Below are positions 53,626 through 63,180 of a stretch of DNA of 64,000 bases, in pieces; within the stretch, counting starts at the first letter, position 1; each line of letters starts with the position of its first letter. A model generated the notes under the pieces. The model was given only the letters and a program-made list of their open reading frames with translations. It was not told where the DNA came from and made no database searches. The position numbers and the translations under genes are program-made. The DNA is from Candidatus Saccharimonadia bacterium (lineage in GTDB: Bacteria > Patescibacteriota > SICC01): NCBI GenBank assembly GCA_025449535.1, contig JANWJF010000001.1, forward strand, positions 303,344 through 367,343, given 5' to 3'.

Positions 53626-55416
53626 CTTCAGCACGGCCACAAACGCCTCCGGCGGCACCCGGACGCTGCCTTCGGCCTTCATCCGGGCCTTGCCCTTCTT
53701 CTGCTTCTCCTGGAGCTTCCGCTTCCGCGTGACGTCGCCGCCGTACAGCCCGGCGGTCACGTCCTTCTTGCGCGGGCTGATGTTCTCGCGAGCGATCACC
53801 TTGCCGCCGATCACGGCCTGTAAGGCGATCTGGAACATCGCCGGCGGGATGACTTCCTTCAGCTTCGCCAGCACCACCCGTGCCCGGCGCTCGACTTCGT
53901 CGCGGTGTACGATCACCGATAGACCGGAGACCGCGTCTCCGGCCACCAAGAAGTCCAGACGGACCAGCGGCGCAGCACGGAAGTCCCGAAGTTCGTACGA
54001 GAGCGAACCGTAGCCGGCGGTCGCGCCCTTCAGCTGATCGTAGAAGTCCGCCACCAGGTTCGCCAACGGCAGCTCCGCCCGCACGATCACCTGCTCCGCG
54101 GCGGCGAAGCTCGTGTCCGCGAACGTCCCGCGCCGATCGGCGACCAGCTGCTGGACGGCGCCGAGGTCCTGGGACCGACAGACGATCTCCAGCTCCGCCC
54201 AGGGCTCGCGGATCTCGGAGATCCGGGTGACGTCGGGCAGCTCGGCCGGGTCGGTCAGGGTCAGTCCGCTGCCGTCGGTCAGCTCTAGCTCGTACGGGAC
54301 CGTCGGCGCGGTGACCACCAGCTCGAGGTCGAATTCGCGCGTCAGCCGCTCCCGGATGATGTCCAGGTGGAGCAAGCCGAGGAAGCCGGCCCGGAAGCCC
54401 TGGCCGAGCGCCTGCGACTGCACCGGCTCATAGCTGAGCGACGCGTCGTTCAACGCGAGCTTGCCGAGCGCCTCGCGAAGCTTCCCGAAGTCGCCACTTG
54501 AGCCACTGGCGGATACGCCAGACGACTCCAGGAAGATTCCCGCGAAGACCATCGGCGAGACCTCGCGGTAGCCGGGCAGCGGTTCGGAAGCCGGGGCCGC
54601 GGCCAGGGTGACGGTGTCGCCGACCCGGACCTCCGCGATCGACTTGAAACCGGTCACCAGATAGCCAATCTCTCCCGTCTCCAGGCCTTTCCGGGCCTCC
54701 GGCTGCGGCTTGAGCACGCCGACGTCGTTCGCCTCCGCGGCCTTACCGGCGGCCATCAGCTTGATCTTCGTCCGCCCGGGCAGCGCGCCGTCGACCACGC
54801 GCACCGACGCGACTACTCCCTGGTAGGAATCGTACCGCGAGTCGAAGACTAGCGCCCGGAGCGGCGCGGCAGCGTCTCCTTTCGGCGTCGGGACCCGGTC
54901 GACGATTGCCCGCAGGACCTCGTCGACCCCTTCGCCGGTCTTGGCGGATATGAATAGCACGTCGTCCTCGGGCAGCTCCAGCGTCTTGGCGACCGCCTTG
55001 GCGGCGTCCTCCGGCTCCGCGGCCGGCAGGTCGATCTTGTTGACGACGGGAATCAGCGTCAGTCCCTGGGCCTTGGCCTGCGTCGCGTGCGCCAGCGTCT
55101 GGGCCTGGATGCCCTGGGTGGCATCCACCAGCAGCAAGGCGCCTTCGCAGGCAGAGAGCGTCCGCGAGACCTCGTACGAGAAGTCGACGTGGCCCGGCGT
55201 GTCGATCAGGTTCATCACGGTATCCTCGAACCGCATGGTCACCGGCTGAAGCTTGATCGTGATGCCCCGTTCCCGTTCGAGTTCCATCGAGTCCAGCAGT
55301 TGCTCCTGCATGTCCCGCTTCTCGACCGTACCGGTCAGCTCGAGCAGGCGGTCGGCCAACGTCGACTTACCGTGGTCGATGTGGGCGATGATGCAGAAGT
55401 TGCGGATATTGCGCAT
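53617..55416 (-). CDS. lepA: Elongation factor 4 (LepA).
   Basis: FCIIAHIDHGKSTLADR, DTPGHVDF, NKIDL, LepA-specific C-terminal domain. Confidence 0.95.
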   Translation of the reverse strand: MRNIRNFCIIAHIDHGKSTLADRLLELTGTVEKRDMQEQLLDSMELERERGITIKLQPVTMRFEDTVMNLIDTPGHVDFSYEVSRTLSACEGALLLVDATQGIQAQTLAHATQAKAQGLTLIPVVNKIDLPAAEPEDAAKAVAKTLELPEDDVLFISAKTGEGVDEVLRAIVDRVPTPKGDAAAPLRALVFDSRYDSYQGVVASVRVVDGALPGRTKIKLMAAGKAAEANDVGVLKPQPEARKGLETGEIGYLVTGFKSIAEVRVGDTVTLAAAPASEPLPGYREVSPMVFAGIFLESSGVSASGSSGDFGKLREALGKLALNDASLSYEPVQSQALGQGFRAGFLGLLHLDIIRERLTREFDLELVVTAPTVPYELELTDGSGLTLTDPAELPDVTRISEIREPWAELEIVCRSQDLGAVQQLVADRRGTFADTSFAAAEQVIVRAELPLANLVADFYDQLKGATAGYGSLSYELRDFRAAPLVRLDFLVAGDAVSGLSVIVHRDEVERRARVVLAKLKEVIPPAMFQIALQAVIGGKVIARENISPRKKDVTAGLYGGDVTRKRKLQEKQKKGKARMKAEGSVRVPPEAFVAVLKQN

Positions 55417-55484
55417 AGCTATCAGTATACTGGTTCCCCGCTCCGCGACGGTCCCAAACTCGCTTATACTTGGGACGAAAACAA

Positions 55485-55967
55485 ATGATCACAACGGATA
55501 ATCGGGGTTATACGCTGATCGAGGTCCTTACGGTCGTAGCGATCATCGGGATCGTTACCGTAGTCGCTTTCAGCCTGGCCGGCGGTGATAAGACCGCGCG
55601 GTTCGGGCAGGACTTCGACGAACTGGCAGCCAATCTTCGTGACCTCCAAGCGAATGCCCGGGCAGCCAAGGACAATCGCGAGTACGGGATGTGCCTACGG
55701 TCCGACGGTTGGTCATCGTTCGCGGTCCAGAGCGATACGACGGCCGATCCCTGCGCGACCGGATATCCAGAGCAGATTAAACCGGTGAACTTCGAAGTCG
55801 CGTCGATGAGCGCGGCCGTGAGTCCATCCACCGACCGGGTCGTATTCGAACGCGTCACTGGTCGGACCAAGGACGGCAGCACCGCCACGCTTACGCTCAC
55901 GCTCGACAATCCGGCCCGGACCCGTACGTTAAGGATCGAAACCAACGGAGCGATCCATGAGCAGTAG
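55485..55967 (+). CDS. Type IV (pseudo)pilin with an N-terminal prepilin cleavage/methylation motif (leader MITTDNRG, mature start YTLIEVL).
   Basis: Gly(-1) and Glu(+5) rule satisfied, hydrophobic N-terminal helix. Start trimmed to the ATG at 55485. Confidence 0.7.
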   Translation: MITTDNRGYTLIEVLTVVAIIGIVTVVAFSLAGGDKTARFGQDFDELAANLRDLQANARAAKDNREYGMCLRSDGWSSFAVQSDTTADPCATGYPEQIKPVNFEVASMSAAVSPSTDRVVFERVTGRTKDGSTATLTLTLDNPARTRTLRIETNGAIHEQ

Positions 55968-56466
55968 GGTCGCGCAGCGTGGATTTACCTTGCTCGAGGC
56001 GGTGGTCGCGATCACCGTCTTCACGATCGGAGTGGTGGGAATGGTCCAGATCGTCCTGGTGGCCCGATCGACCTCCGACCAGGGATCGGACCTCGTAATG
56101 GTCAGTGGCTACCTGAAGGAAGGCATTGATGCCGTCCGGATCATCCGGGACGACGATTGGGAAGCTATCGCTGTCGACGGTTCATACCGTCTTTCGGCCC
56201 AGCCCGGCACCACGCCACCCTGGACCTTGCGGAACGGCAGCGAGACGATCGGCAAGTTCACCCGTCGCGTCGGCATCGCATCGGTCCGGCGTAGCGATAC
56301 CGACGGCAACGGAACCTTGTCCGCGGGCGATCTCATCTGCCAGGGGACGAACTGCGGCAGCTTTGAAGACCCTGAGACCAAGAAGGTCGCTGTCACGGTG
56401 ACTTGGCAGCAGGGCTCCCAGCAGAAATCGCGAAACGTATTCGGTTACCTCACCAACTGGCAATGA
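55957..56466 (+). CDS. Type IV minor pilin (prepilin-type N-terminal domain: QRG|FTLLEAVVAITVF).
   Basis: Leader, cleavage motif, Glu+5, C-terminal beta-rich region with a Cys pair. Confidence 0.7.
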   Translation: MSSRVAQRGFTLLEAVVAITVFTIGVVGMVQIVLVARSTSDQGSDLVMVSGYLKEGIDAVRIIRDDDWEAIAVDGSYRLSAQPGTTPPWTLRNGSETIGKFTRRVGIASVRRSDTDGNGTLSAGDLICQGTNCGSFEDPETKKVAVTVTWQQGSQQKSRNVFGYLTNWQ

Positions 56467-56957
56467 AACGCCATCTCCAATCCGGCCTTACTCTGGTCGA
56501 ACTGCTGGTCGCGATCTCGATCCTGACGCTACTGATCCTGGCAGCCGGAACGCTTTATGTGACCGTGATCCGGCAACAGGTCGGTGACCGGCTCGTCCAG
56601 AACCTGCAACGCGAGGTCGATCGGATGACTGCCCATGTCGAACGGAACGTCGCCACGAGCACGGAGGTTTCTGGTAGTACGACCTGCAATCTGCAGGCGA
56701 CCGACCGGATCGATCTCGACTCGCCGGACGGTATGCTCAGTTACCAGCGGAACGGCAGCCGACTGGAATTCAGCAAGGCGGGATCCATCGAAGAGGTCTC
56801 CTCGCCAGGTATAGCGGTAAGCGGGGTACGCTTCTTCCCGACCTGTGATGGTACGAGGTTGGTATCGGTCAAGTTCGAGGCGACCTTGACGAAGTCAGCG
56901 GGCGGCCAGACCAAAACGACTAGCATATCCACTACGACCGGGACGAGGCCGCAATGA
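56463..56957 (+). CDS. Type IV minor pilin (QSG|LTLVELLVAISIL).
   Basis: Start trimmed to the ATG at 56463, which overlaps the previous stop (ATGA). Prepilin motif present. Confidence 0.7.
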   Translation: MKRHLQSGLTLVELLVAISILTLLILAAGTLYVTVIRQQVGDRLVQNLQREVDRMTAHVERNVATSTEVSGSTTCNLQATDRIDLDSPDGMLSYQRNGSRLEFSKAGSIEEVSSPGIAVSGVRFFPTCDGTRLVSVKFEATLTKSAGGQTKTTSISTTTGTRPQ

Positions 56958-58771
56958 CGCAGCATCTCAGAGGACAGTCCGGCGTCATAGGCATCTTGGC
57001 CGTGCTGATCTTCTCGGCGCTGATCGTGGTCATCGGCAGCGCCATGGTGGCAACCTCCGTGCTGACGTTCCAGCAAAGCCAGGAGCGGATCGATTCGACC
57101 CAGAGCATCGTGGATGCCGAGAGCGGCGTGGAAGACGGGTTGCTCCAAGTCAGGCGGAATCCGAACTTCGGAGCAAACGACGCCACGGTGAGTATGTCCT
57201 TCGATACCCGGAATCGCACCGAATATACTATCAGCACGGTCGACACCCAATCGTGTCAGGACGCCCGGCGGGTCACCGCCTCCGGATTCCTGGACACGCT
57301 GGTTCGGCGAGTCCAGGTGGATAACTGCCCCCAGCCGTCCGTCGATGCCGACTTCGTATACGCCCTGCAAGCCGGGAGCGGCGGCATCGACATGTCCAAC
57401 AATTCCCGGATTATCGGCAGTACGTACTCGAACGGCAACCATACCGGCGGCAACGGGGCTAGCGTGACGGGAGACGTGTGGGTGGCGGGTGCGGCAGCTC
57501 CGAACCCCACGCCTCAGTACGACCCCGCGACGGTGACCGACTTCCTCTTCGGGTCATCCACGAACCCGAACGCCATTGACGTAGCGCAGTCATTCGCTGC
57601 CGATACCACGCAAAGCAATAAGTTGGTCAAAGTGGCACTCAAGGTGAAGAAGATCGGCAACCCGGCGAACGCGACGGTCCGGATCGTTACCGATAACAGC
57701 AATCAACCCTCCGCGACCCAGGTCGCCAGCGGAACTTTGAACGCCTCTTCCGTCGGGTCTGCACTGCAATTCATTGACGTGAGCTTAAGCACGCCGCCGA
57801 CCCTGGCCAACGGTCAGAAATATTGGATCGTCGTAGACGCGTCTTCTTCCGGATCGAACTATTGGTCCTGGGGCATCGCGGACGACAATGGGTACCCTGG
57901 TGGCAGCGGCAAGAACTCCGACCGCTGGCGGAGCAGCGGGGCAATGAGCTGGTATCCCGTCGGCAAGGATTTCGCTTTCAAGGCTTTCATGGGGAGCCCG
58001 CCGACGTACGCCCAAAGCCTTACGGTCGGTGGTGACGTCCATGCCAACACCATCACCAGCCTCAGCGTTGCCAAGGATGCCTACTTCCAGACGAATAATG
58101 GATCCACCGTCGCAGGCAGCAACTTTCCCGGCAGCCAGGACCCACCCCAGCGCGATCTGCCGATCACCGATGCAAACATCAATGACTTCAAGACACAAGG
58201 GACTTCCGGAGGCACACAGACAGGAGACGTGACGGTCCCACTTGGCAGCACTGCCACGATGGGACCACTGAAAATCAACGGCGACCTGGTCGTCGAGAAT
58301 AATGCGACCCTGCGGATTACCGGCACGCTTTACGTGACCGGCACGATGCTGTTCTCGAACAACGCCAAGATCATCCTGGACCCTGGATACGGTTCAGACA
58401 GCGGAGTCATCGTAAGCGACGGTGCCATCACCATTTCTAACAACGTGACTTTCACGGGTAGCGGATCGGCAAACAGCTTCCTGCTGCTGGGCACTACCAG
58501 CACGTCGGACGCTGCGATCGATGTCTCTAACAACGCCACCAATATCATCCTGGCAGCTCCGAACGGGACGATCCGCCTGCATAACAACGCTGGAGCCAAC
58601 GCCCTGACCGCCAACCGCCTGATGCTTGATAACAACGCGGTAGTGACCTACGTCTCCGGCCTGGCCGATATCCACTTCACCAACGGACCGGGCGGCAGCT
58701 TCGCCGCGAACGGCTGGCGCGAGATCGTCTGCGACACCGACAGCGGACCGTGCACACCAGTCGTCGAGTAA
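56954..58771 (+). CDS. Large pilus-associated protein (605 aa, PilX/PilY1-like role). N-terminal pilin-like TM helix and a C-terminal beta-helix-like array of Asn-rich repeats.
   Basis: N-terminus MTQHLRGQSGVIGILAVLIFSALIVVIGSAMVA. C-terminal repeats (NNATLRITGTLYVTGTMLFSNNAKIILDP...NNVTFTGSG...NNATNIILAAPNGTIRLHNNAGAN). Last gene of the minor-pilin operon. Confidence 0.6.
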   Translation: MTQHLRGQSGVIGILAVLIFSALIVVIGSAMVATSVLTFQQSQERIDSTQSIVDAESGVEDGLLQVRRNPNFGANDATVSMSFDTRNRTEYTISTVDTQSCQDARRVTASGFLDTLVRRVQVDNCPQPSVDADFVYALQAGSGGIDMSNNSRIIGSTYSNGNHTGGNGASVTGDVWVAGAAAPNPTPQYDPATVTDFLFGSSTNPNAIDVAQSFAADTTQSNKLVKVALKVKKIGNPANATVRIVTDNSNQPSATQVASGTLNASSVGSALQFIDVSLSTPPTLANGQKYWIVVDASSSGSNYWSWGIADDNGYPGGSGKNSDRWRSSGAMSWYPVGKDFAFKAFMGSPPTYAQSLTVGGDVHANTITSLSVAKDAYFQTNNGSTVAGSNFPGSQDPPQRDLPITDANINDFKTQGTSGGTQTGDVTVPLGSTATMGPLKINGDLVVENNATLRITGTLYVTGTMLFSNNAKIILDPGYGSDSGVIVSDGAITISNNVTFTGSGSANSFLLLGTTSTSDAAIDVSNNATNIILAAPNGTIRLHNNAGANALTANRLMLDNNAVVTYVSGLADIHFTNGPGGSFAANGWREIVCDTDSGPCTPVVE

Positions 58772-58774
58772 CGG

Positions 58775-60022
58775 TCAGGCGAAGACCGGCCCTTCCTGGC
58801 CGACTTCAGTCTCCTCGTCCTCGATAAGTACCCGCATCGGGGTGCCGGCGTACGTCTCGGCGACGCGATCCCGCGGGATCGCGACCGGCACTTCGCCGGA
58901 CTCGTTCAGTCGGAAAGCCCGCACGAAGAATTCTATGGTGTCTGGATTGCAGATGCGCATCAGAGCCAGGCCGATCTTGCGGTTGTACCGCGTGTCGAAG
59001 GCGATTCGTCGGACGGACTGCTTCTTGCCTATCTTCACCTTTGCTTCCTTGGAAATATCAAGCAGAGTCCGTTGCTCTTCGTGGATCCTGGCAGAGCGAT
59101 CATTAAGACGCTTCCTGGCTTTCTTCATCTCGTCATACGCCTCGTCGCCGGTCCGCTGACGGGAGATATATTTGACGTAGTGACCGGCCAAGTTCTCGTG
59201 CCGCGGGTCGTCAGGCTCGATGACGTTATCGTACTTGAACCAGTGATGGTAGGCCTGCGACTCCGCGCCGGCACGGAACAGCAGCGCGGCGATGAACTCG
59301 CGGTCCTCTAGGAATTGCGCGTCCTGGAAGCTGCCTTCCACCCATTCCGCGTTCCTGAGGGCTTCCGTAATCCGTTCCTGGAAGCGCTCCACCAGGAACT
59401 GCACCTGCTCCTCACAGGTCCGCAGGTTCCCCTTTTCCGAATCCTTGAGGTCCTTGTACCCCCGCGGCCGGCCTTCGACCGCCTCGTCCCATTCCGGATC
59501 GTGCGGAAAACGGAACCGGTCCAGTTCGAGGCACAGCTCCTCCGTGATGAACGCTTCTGCCTCCTCGGAATCAAGATCGGCGGTCTGCCCGAGAATCTCC
59601 GCGTACCGTTTACGGGCTTCCTTCTTCCAATCCTTGTCTTCCGGCTGCGGGTCCTCCTGGAGGTCCTCGAAAGTCGGGAATCGGTCGTATGGCAGAGGCT
59701 CTACCTCGCATGAAGCCAGCGCTCGGTCCGCTTCCAGGGGGTCGTCGGGTCCCTGCTGGGCGGTATCTCCAACCGCCAGCCCGTCGTCCGCGGGGTCATA
59801 GCGCGGCCATTCGTGGTCGCTGCCGTCGTCGGGTTCCCTGGTCCGCTCCGGAGTAGAGCCGAAGAAGCCGCTGGCCCTTTCCGTCCATGCACGGAGTTCC
59901 TCGACGCTCGCGCCCTCGCGTAGTCCGTCTGTGCGAGGATGGCCGTCAAAAACAGGAGCTTCTGCCCCTGCTCTTCCCTCCATCGCGCCCCGTTCGATGT
60001 CTGTCTTTACGTTTGTTTCCAT
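58775..60022 (-). CDS. Acidic hypothetical protein (415 aa).
   Basis: ORF with high GC3, downstream of rnj. No domain recognised. Confidence 0.45.
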   Translation of the reverse strand: METNVKTDIERGAMEGRAGAEAPVFDGHPRTDGLREGASVEELRAWTERASGFFGSTPERTREPDDGSDHEWPRYDPADDGLAVGDTAQQGPDDPLEADRALASCEVEPLPYDRFPTFEDLQEDPQPEDKDWKKEARKRYAEILGQTADLDSEEAEAFITEELCLELDRFRFPHDPEWDEAVEGRPRGYKDLKDSEKGNLRTCEEQVQFLVERFQERITEALRNAEWVEGSFQDAQFLEDREFIAALLFRAGAESQAYHHWFKYDNVIEPDDPRHENLAGHYVKYISRQRTGDEAYDEMKKARKRLNDRSARIHEEQRTLLDISKEAKVKIGKKQSVRRIAFDTRYNRKIGLALMRICNPDTIEFFVRAFRLNESGEVPVAIPRDRVAETYAGTPMRVLIEDEETEVGQEGPVFA

Positions 60023-60089
60023 GAGGCGACTTTGTTGTTACGAATCCATTATCGCACCAACGGAGAAGCCGAGGGAAGCAAGCGACAAC

Positions 60090-60116
60090 GAAGGCCTGTG
60101 GTTTCCACAGGCCTTC
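60090..60116. other. Perfect 11-12-bp GC-rich stem-loop (GAAGGCCTGTGG-TTTC-CACAGGCCTTC) in the rnj-downstream intergenic region, without a U-tract.
   Basis: Seen directly. Lies between the rnj stop (60133) and the next gene start (60022). Confidence 0.5.
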
Positions 60117-60132
60117 GTACCGGATGGACGGT

Positions 60133-62139
60133 TCAGACCTCGATGATGACCGGAATCACCATCGGCCGGCGTTCGGTCTGGTCGTAGAAGAAGTCACCCA
60201 GGTCGTCGCGTAACTTGTTCTTAAGCACGTCTCGTTCGGGTTGCCGACTGCCGGAAGCCTGGGCGATCTTCTTGATACGGTTCCTGGCCTGGCCGATCAG
60301 CTTGCCGGATTCCTTCAGGTAGACGAAACCGCGGGAAATGATGTCCGGGCTGCCGATCAGCTTGCCGTTCCGCCGGTCGATCGTGGCAATCGCCACCACC
60401 ATGCCGTCCTCGGCCATGTGCTTGCGGTCACGCAGCACCACTTCGCCGATGTCGCCCACCCCGAGTCCATCGATCAGTACCAGTCCGCCGCCGACCCGCT
60501 CCTTGCTGAGCCGGACGTCATCCGGACCGCGGACCTCGAGCACCTTGCCGTTGTCGAGGATATGCACGTTCGCGGTCGGAATGCCTTCCTCGTTCGCCAA
60601 CCGCCCGTGGAGGACGCGTTTGCGGTATTCGCCGTGGATCGGCATGAGGTGCTTCGGCTTGAGCATCCGGAGCATCTCGCGGAGCTCGTCTTGCTGGGCA
60701 TGTCCGGAGGTGTGGATGTCGTAAATCTTGTTATAGATCACGTCGGATCCGAGCCGGAACAGGTCGTCCATCATCTCCTCGACGGCACGCTCATTGCCGG
60801 GCACCGGCGAACTGGAGAGAATCACCGTATCACCGGCTTTGATCTGGATCTGCTTGTGCTCGCCCGTCGACATCCGCAGCAACGCGGAGTACTCGGTGGC
60901 CTGCGAGCCGGTGCAGATCACCAGCAATTCGCGGTCCGGGATGTTCTTGAGCTTCCGGACGTCGACCGTGATCCCCTTCGGGATCTTGATGTAGCCAAGC
61001 CGTTGGCAAGTCTCGACGTTCTTGAGCATCGAGCGACCGACGATGCAGACCTTGCGGTTCGTCTTCTCCGCGGCGTCGATCGCTTCCTGCAGCCGCGCGA
61101 CCAAGGAGGAGAACGTCGACATGATCACGCGGCCAGGGGCCTTGCGGATCTGTTCGGTGAGTTCCTTCTCGATCTCGATCTCGGACACGGTATGTCCGGG
61201 CTTCTCGACGTTCGTGGAGTCGTTCAGCGACATCAGCACGCCGCGCTCGCCGATGCGCTTGATCTTGTCGAACTGCGCCGGCGTATCCGCGATCGGCGTC
61301 TCGTCGAACTTGAAGTCGCCGGAGTGAGTGATAACTCCGACCGGCGTGGTGATCGCAAACCCGACGCCTTCGGGGATGTTGTGGTTCACATGGAACGCCT
61401 CGACGCTGAAGACGCCCGCCTTGAGCACGTCGTCGAACTTAAAGCGGGTCACTTCCACGCGGCGGTCGAGCTTATGCTCCTCGAGTTGGTTCTTGATGAA
61501 CCCGTCCGTCAGCTTGGTCGCGTACACCGTCGGGAAGCCGAGCTTCGGAATCAGGTACGGCGCGCCGCCGATGTGGTCGAGATGCGCGTGAGTGATGAAG
61601 ATCCCGCGGATCCGATCCTTCCGGGCCTCCAGATAGGAGATGTCCGGAATCACGTAGTCGACGCCCGGCATCGTCTCGTCCGGGAACATGAAGCCCACGT
61701 CGATGATGATGATGTCGTTGCCGAACTCCAGCGCGGTGCAGTTCATGCCGATTTCGCCGAGACCGCCCATCGGGATGATCCGCAGGTGGTTCGGTCCCGG
61801 CGGAGCCGGCTTGTTCGTATCGATCTCGGCTCGGCTGAGGTTCAGTCCGGTCGATCGGTTCGGCGGCGGGCCGTTGCGGCGGCGGCGGTTCTTGGATCCG
61901 CCTCCGCCCGGACGTCCGCCCGGTTTGCCGGGAGTGTTCCCCCGCCCGCCCGGGTTCCCGGAACGGTTAGGTCGGCCGGGACGGTTGTCGCGTCCGGGGC
62001 CGCCCGGTTTGCCGGACCGGCGAGGTTGGCCCGAACGGTCCGAGCGTCCTCCGGACGGTTGCCCGGGGGCATCGGAACGGCCGGCTTGGTCAGGCCGGTT
62101 CGGCTGGTTAGGTTGATTCGATTGGCTAGGTTGGTTCAT
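60133..62139 (-). CDS. rnj: Ribonuclease J (beta-CASP metallo-beta-lactamase RNase) with a low-complexity N-terminal extension of about 115 aa (Gly/Pro/Arg/Asn-rich).
   Basis: HAHLDHIGG zinc motif, beta-CASP and C-terminal domains. Confidence 0.9.
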   Translation of the reverse strand: MNQPSQSNQPNQPNRPDQAGRSDAPGQPSGGRSDRSGQPRRSGKPGGPGRDNRPGRPNRSGNPGGRGNTPGKPGGRPGGGGSKNRRRRNGPPPNRSTGLNLSRAEIDTNKPAPPGPNHLRIIPMGGLGEIGMNCTALEFGNDIIIIDVGFMFPDETMPGVDYVIPDISYLEARKDRIRGIFITHAHLDHIGGAPYLIPKLGFPTVYATKLTDGFIKNQLEEHKLDRRVEVTRFKFDDVLKAGVFSVEAFHVNHNIPEGVGFAITTPVGVITHSGDFKFDETPIADTPAQFDKIKRIGERGVLMSLNDSTNVEKPGHTVSEIEIEKELTEQIRKAPGRVIMSTFSSLVARLQEAIDAAEKTNRKVCIVGRSMLKNVETCQRLGYIKIPKGITVDVRKLKNIPDRELLVICTGSQATEYSALLRMSTGEHKQIQIKAGDTVILSSSPVPGNERAVEEMMDDLFRLGSDVIYNKIYDIHTSGHAQQDELREMLRMLKPKHLMPIHGEYRKRVLHGRLANEEGIPTANVHILDNGKVLEVRGPDDVRLSKERVGGGLVLIDGLGVGDIGEVVLRDRKHMAEDGMVVAIATIDRRNGKLIGSPDIISRGFVYLKESGKLIGQARNRIKKIAQASGSRQPERDVLKNKLRDDLGDFFYDQTERRPMVIPVIIEV

Positions 62140-62140
62140 A

Positions 62141-62986
62141 TCAGAGTAAACTTTCTTGGTTAGTAGTATCTTGTTTTGCCAGCTCGACCGGTGCGGTCGG
62201 CTTGGCGTCCTGGTTCAACATCTTGCGCACTTTCAGCTTGAAGACCGGTTCGATCTCCGGACTTTCTTCCGGCAACTCCCCGATCTTCTCAAGCAACTTC
62301 GGGATTTGCTTGAAGTCGTCGAGCAACGTGTCCTTCAGCGAGCCCGTGTAGAGCGCGGCGGCGGGATGGTACACCGGAAGGTAGGCTTGGCCGCGGAACC
62401 GCTTCGCCCGGCCGTGGTCGGCCGAGATCTTGAGGTCGGGCAGGAACCAGTCCATCGCGTGGCGGCCCAACAGCACGATCAGCTTCGGCCGGATGGCCGT
62501 AATCTGGTCGCGCAGCCAGGGCCAGGAGTGCTCGATCTCCTCCGGCTTGGGATCGCGGTTCCCCGGCGGCCGGCCCTTCAGGACGTTGGCAATGAACACG
62601 TCGTCCCGCTTCATGCCGATCGAGGCGATCAGCTCGTCGAGCAGTTTTCCCGCCGCGCCGACGAACGGCCGGCCCTGCAGGTCTTCGTTCTTGCCCGGCG
62701 CCTCGCCGATGAACAGCACGTCCGCGTTCGGGTTGCCTTCGCCCGGTACCATGTTCGTGGCCTTTTCACACGGCTCGAACCCGCACCCCTTGTGGGCGCG
62801 GATTTCGTCCGCGATCTGGTCGATTGTCTTCAACTGCTTCTGTTCCGCCCCGCACGACGGACCAGCAACATATCCTCCTACTTGAGGAGGGCGTTGTCGG
62901 TTGCCGTAGCTGATGGCGTCGGAGTCTTCCTGGAGAAGGACCCCGTCGCCGCGAGGCTGTGAGCGAGCGCGGTGCTTGGAAACCAA
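62141..62986 (-). CDS. Uracil-DNA glycosylase, family 4 (4Fe-4S type), with N- and C-terminal extensions.
   Basis: GEAPGKNEDLQGRPFVGAAGKLLDELI and a Cys cluster (CGAEQ...CGFEPC). Ends 1 nt before the rnj start. Confidence 0.8.
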   Translation of the reverse strand: MVSKHRARSQPRGDGVLLQEDSDAISYGNRQRPPQVGGYVAGPSCGAEQKQLKTIDQIADEIRAHKGCGFEPCEKATNMVPGEGNPNADVLFIGEAPGKNEDLQGRPFVGAAGKLLDELIASIGMKRDDVFIANVLKGRPPGNRDPKPEEIEHSWPWLRDQITAIRPKLIVLLGRHAMDWFLPDLKISADHGRAKRFRGQAYLPVYHPAAALYTGSLKDTLLDDFKQIPKLLEKIGELPEESPEIEPVFKLKVRKMLNQDAKPTAPVELAKQDTTNQESLL

Positions 62987-63180
62987 GTGACGGCGCTCCT
63001 GTTAAGTGATGCCATGGTACCCCATCAGGCCTTTCGTGTCAATGAAGGAGTTTATCCGAATAGAACATTTTTCCGCTAACCCCATGCAAGAAGGAAGCCA
63101 GATGACTTCCCGTAATCGTCATACGTTTGACAACCGGAGTAGAAGCCCATATTAAGTAAGCAGCCGGAACATCTCAAAAA

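Noticed and set aside
60241-62163. 640-aa plus-strand ORF antisense to RNase J, and 62156..62962 (+) antisense to UDG.
   Set aside because: The minus-strand genes carry clear catalytic motifs (HAHLDHIGG, GEAPG...PFVGAAG). The plus-strand frames are His/Arg/Asp-rich shadow ORFs.
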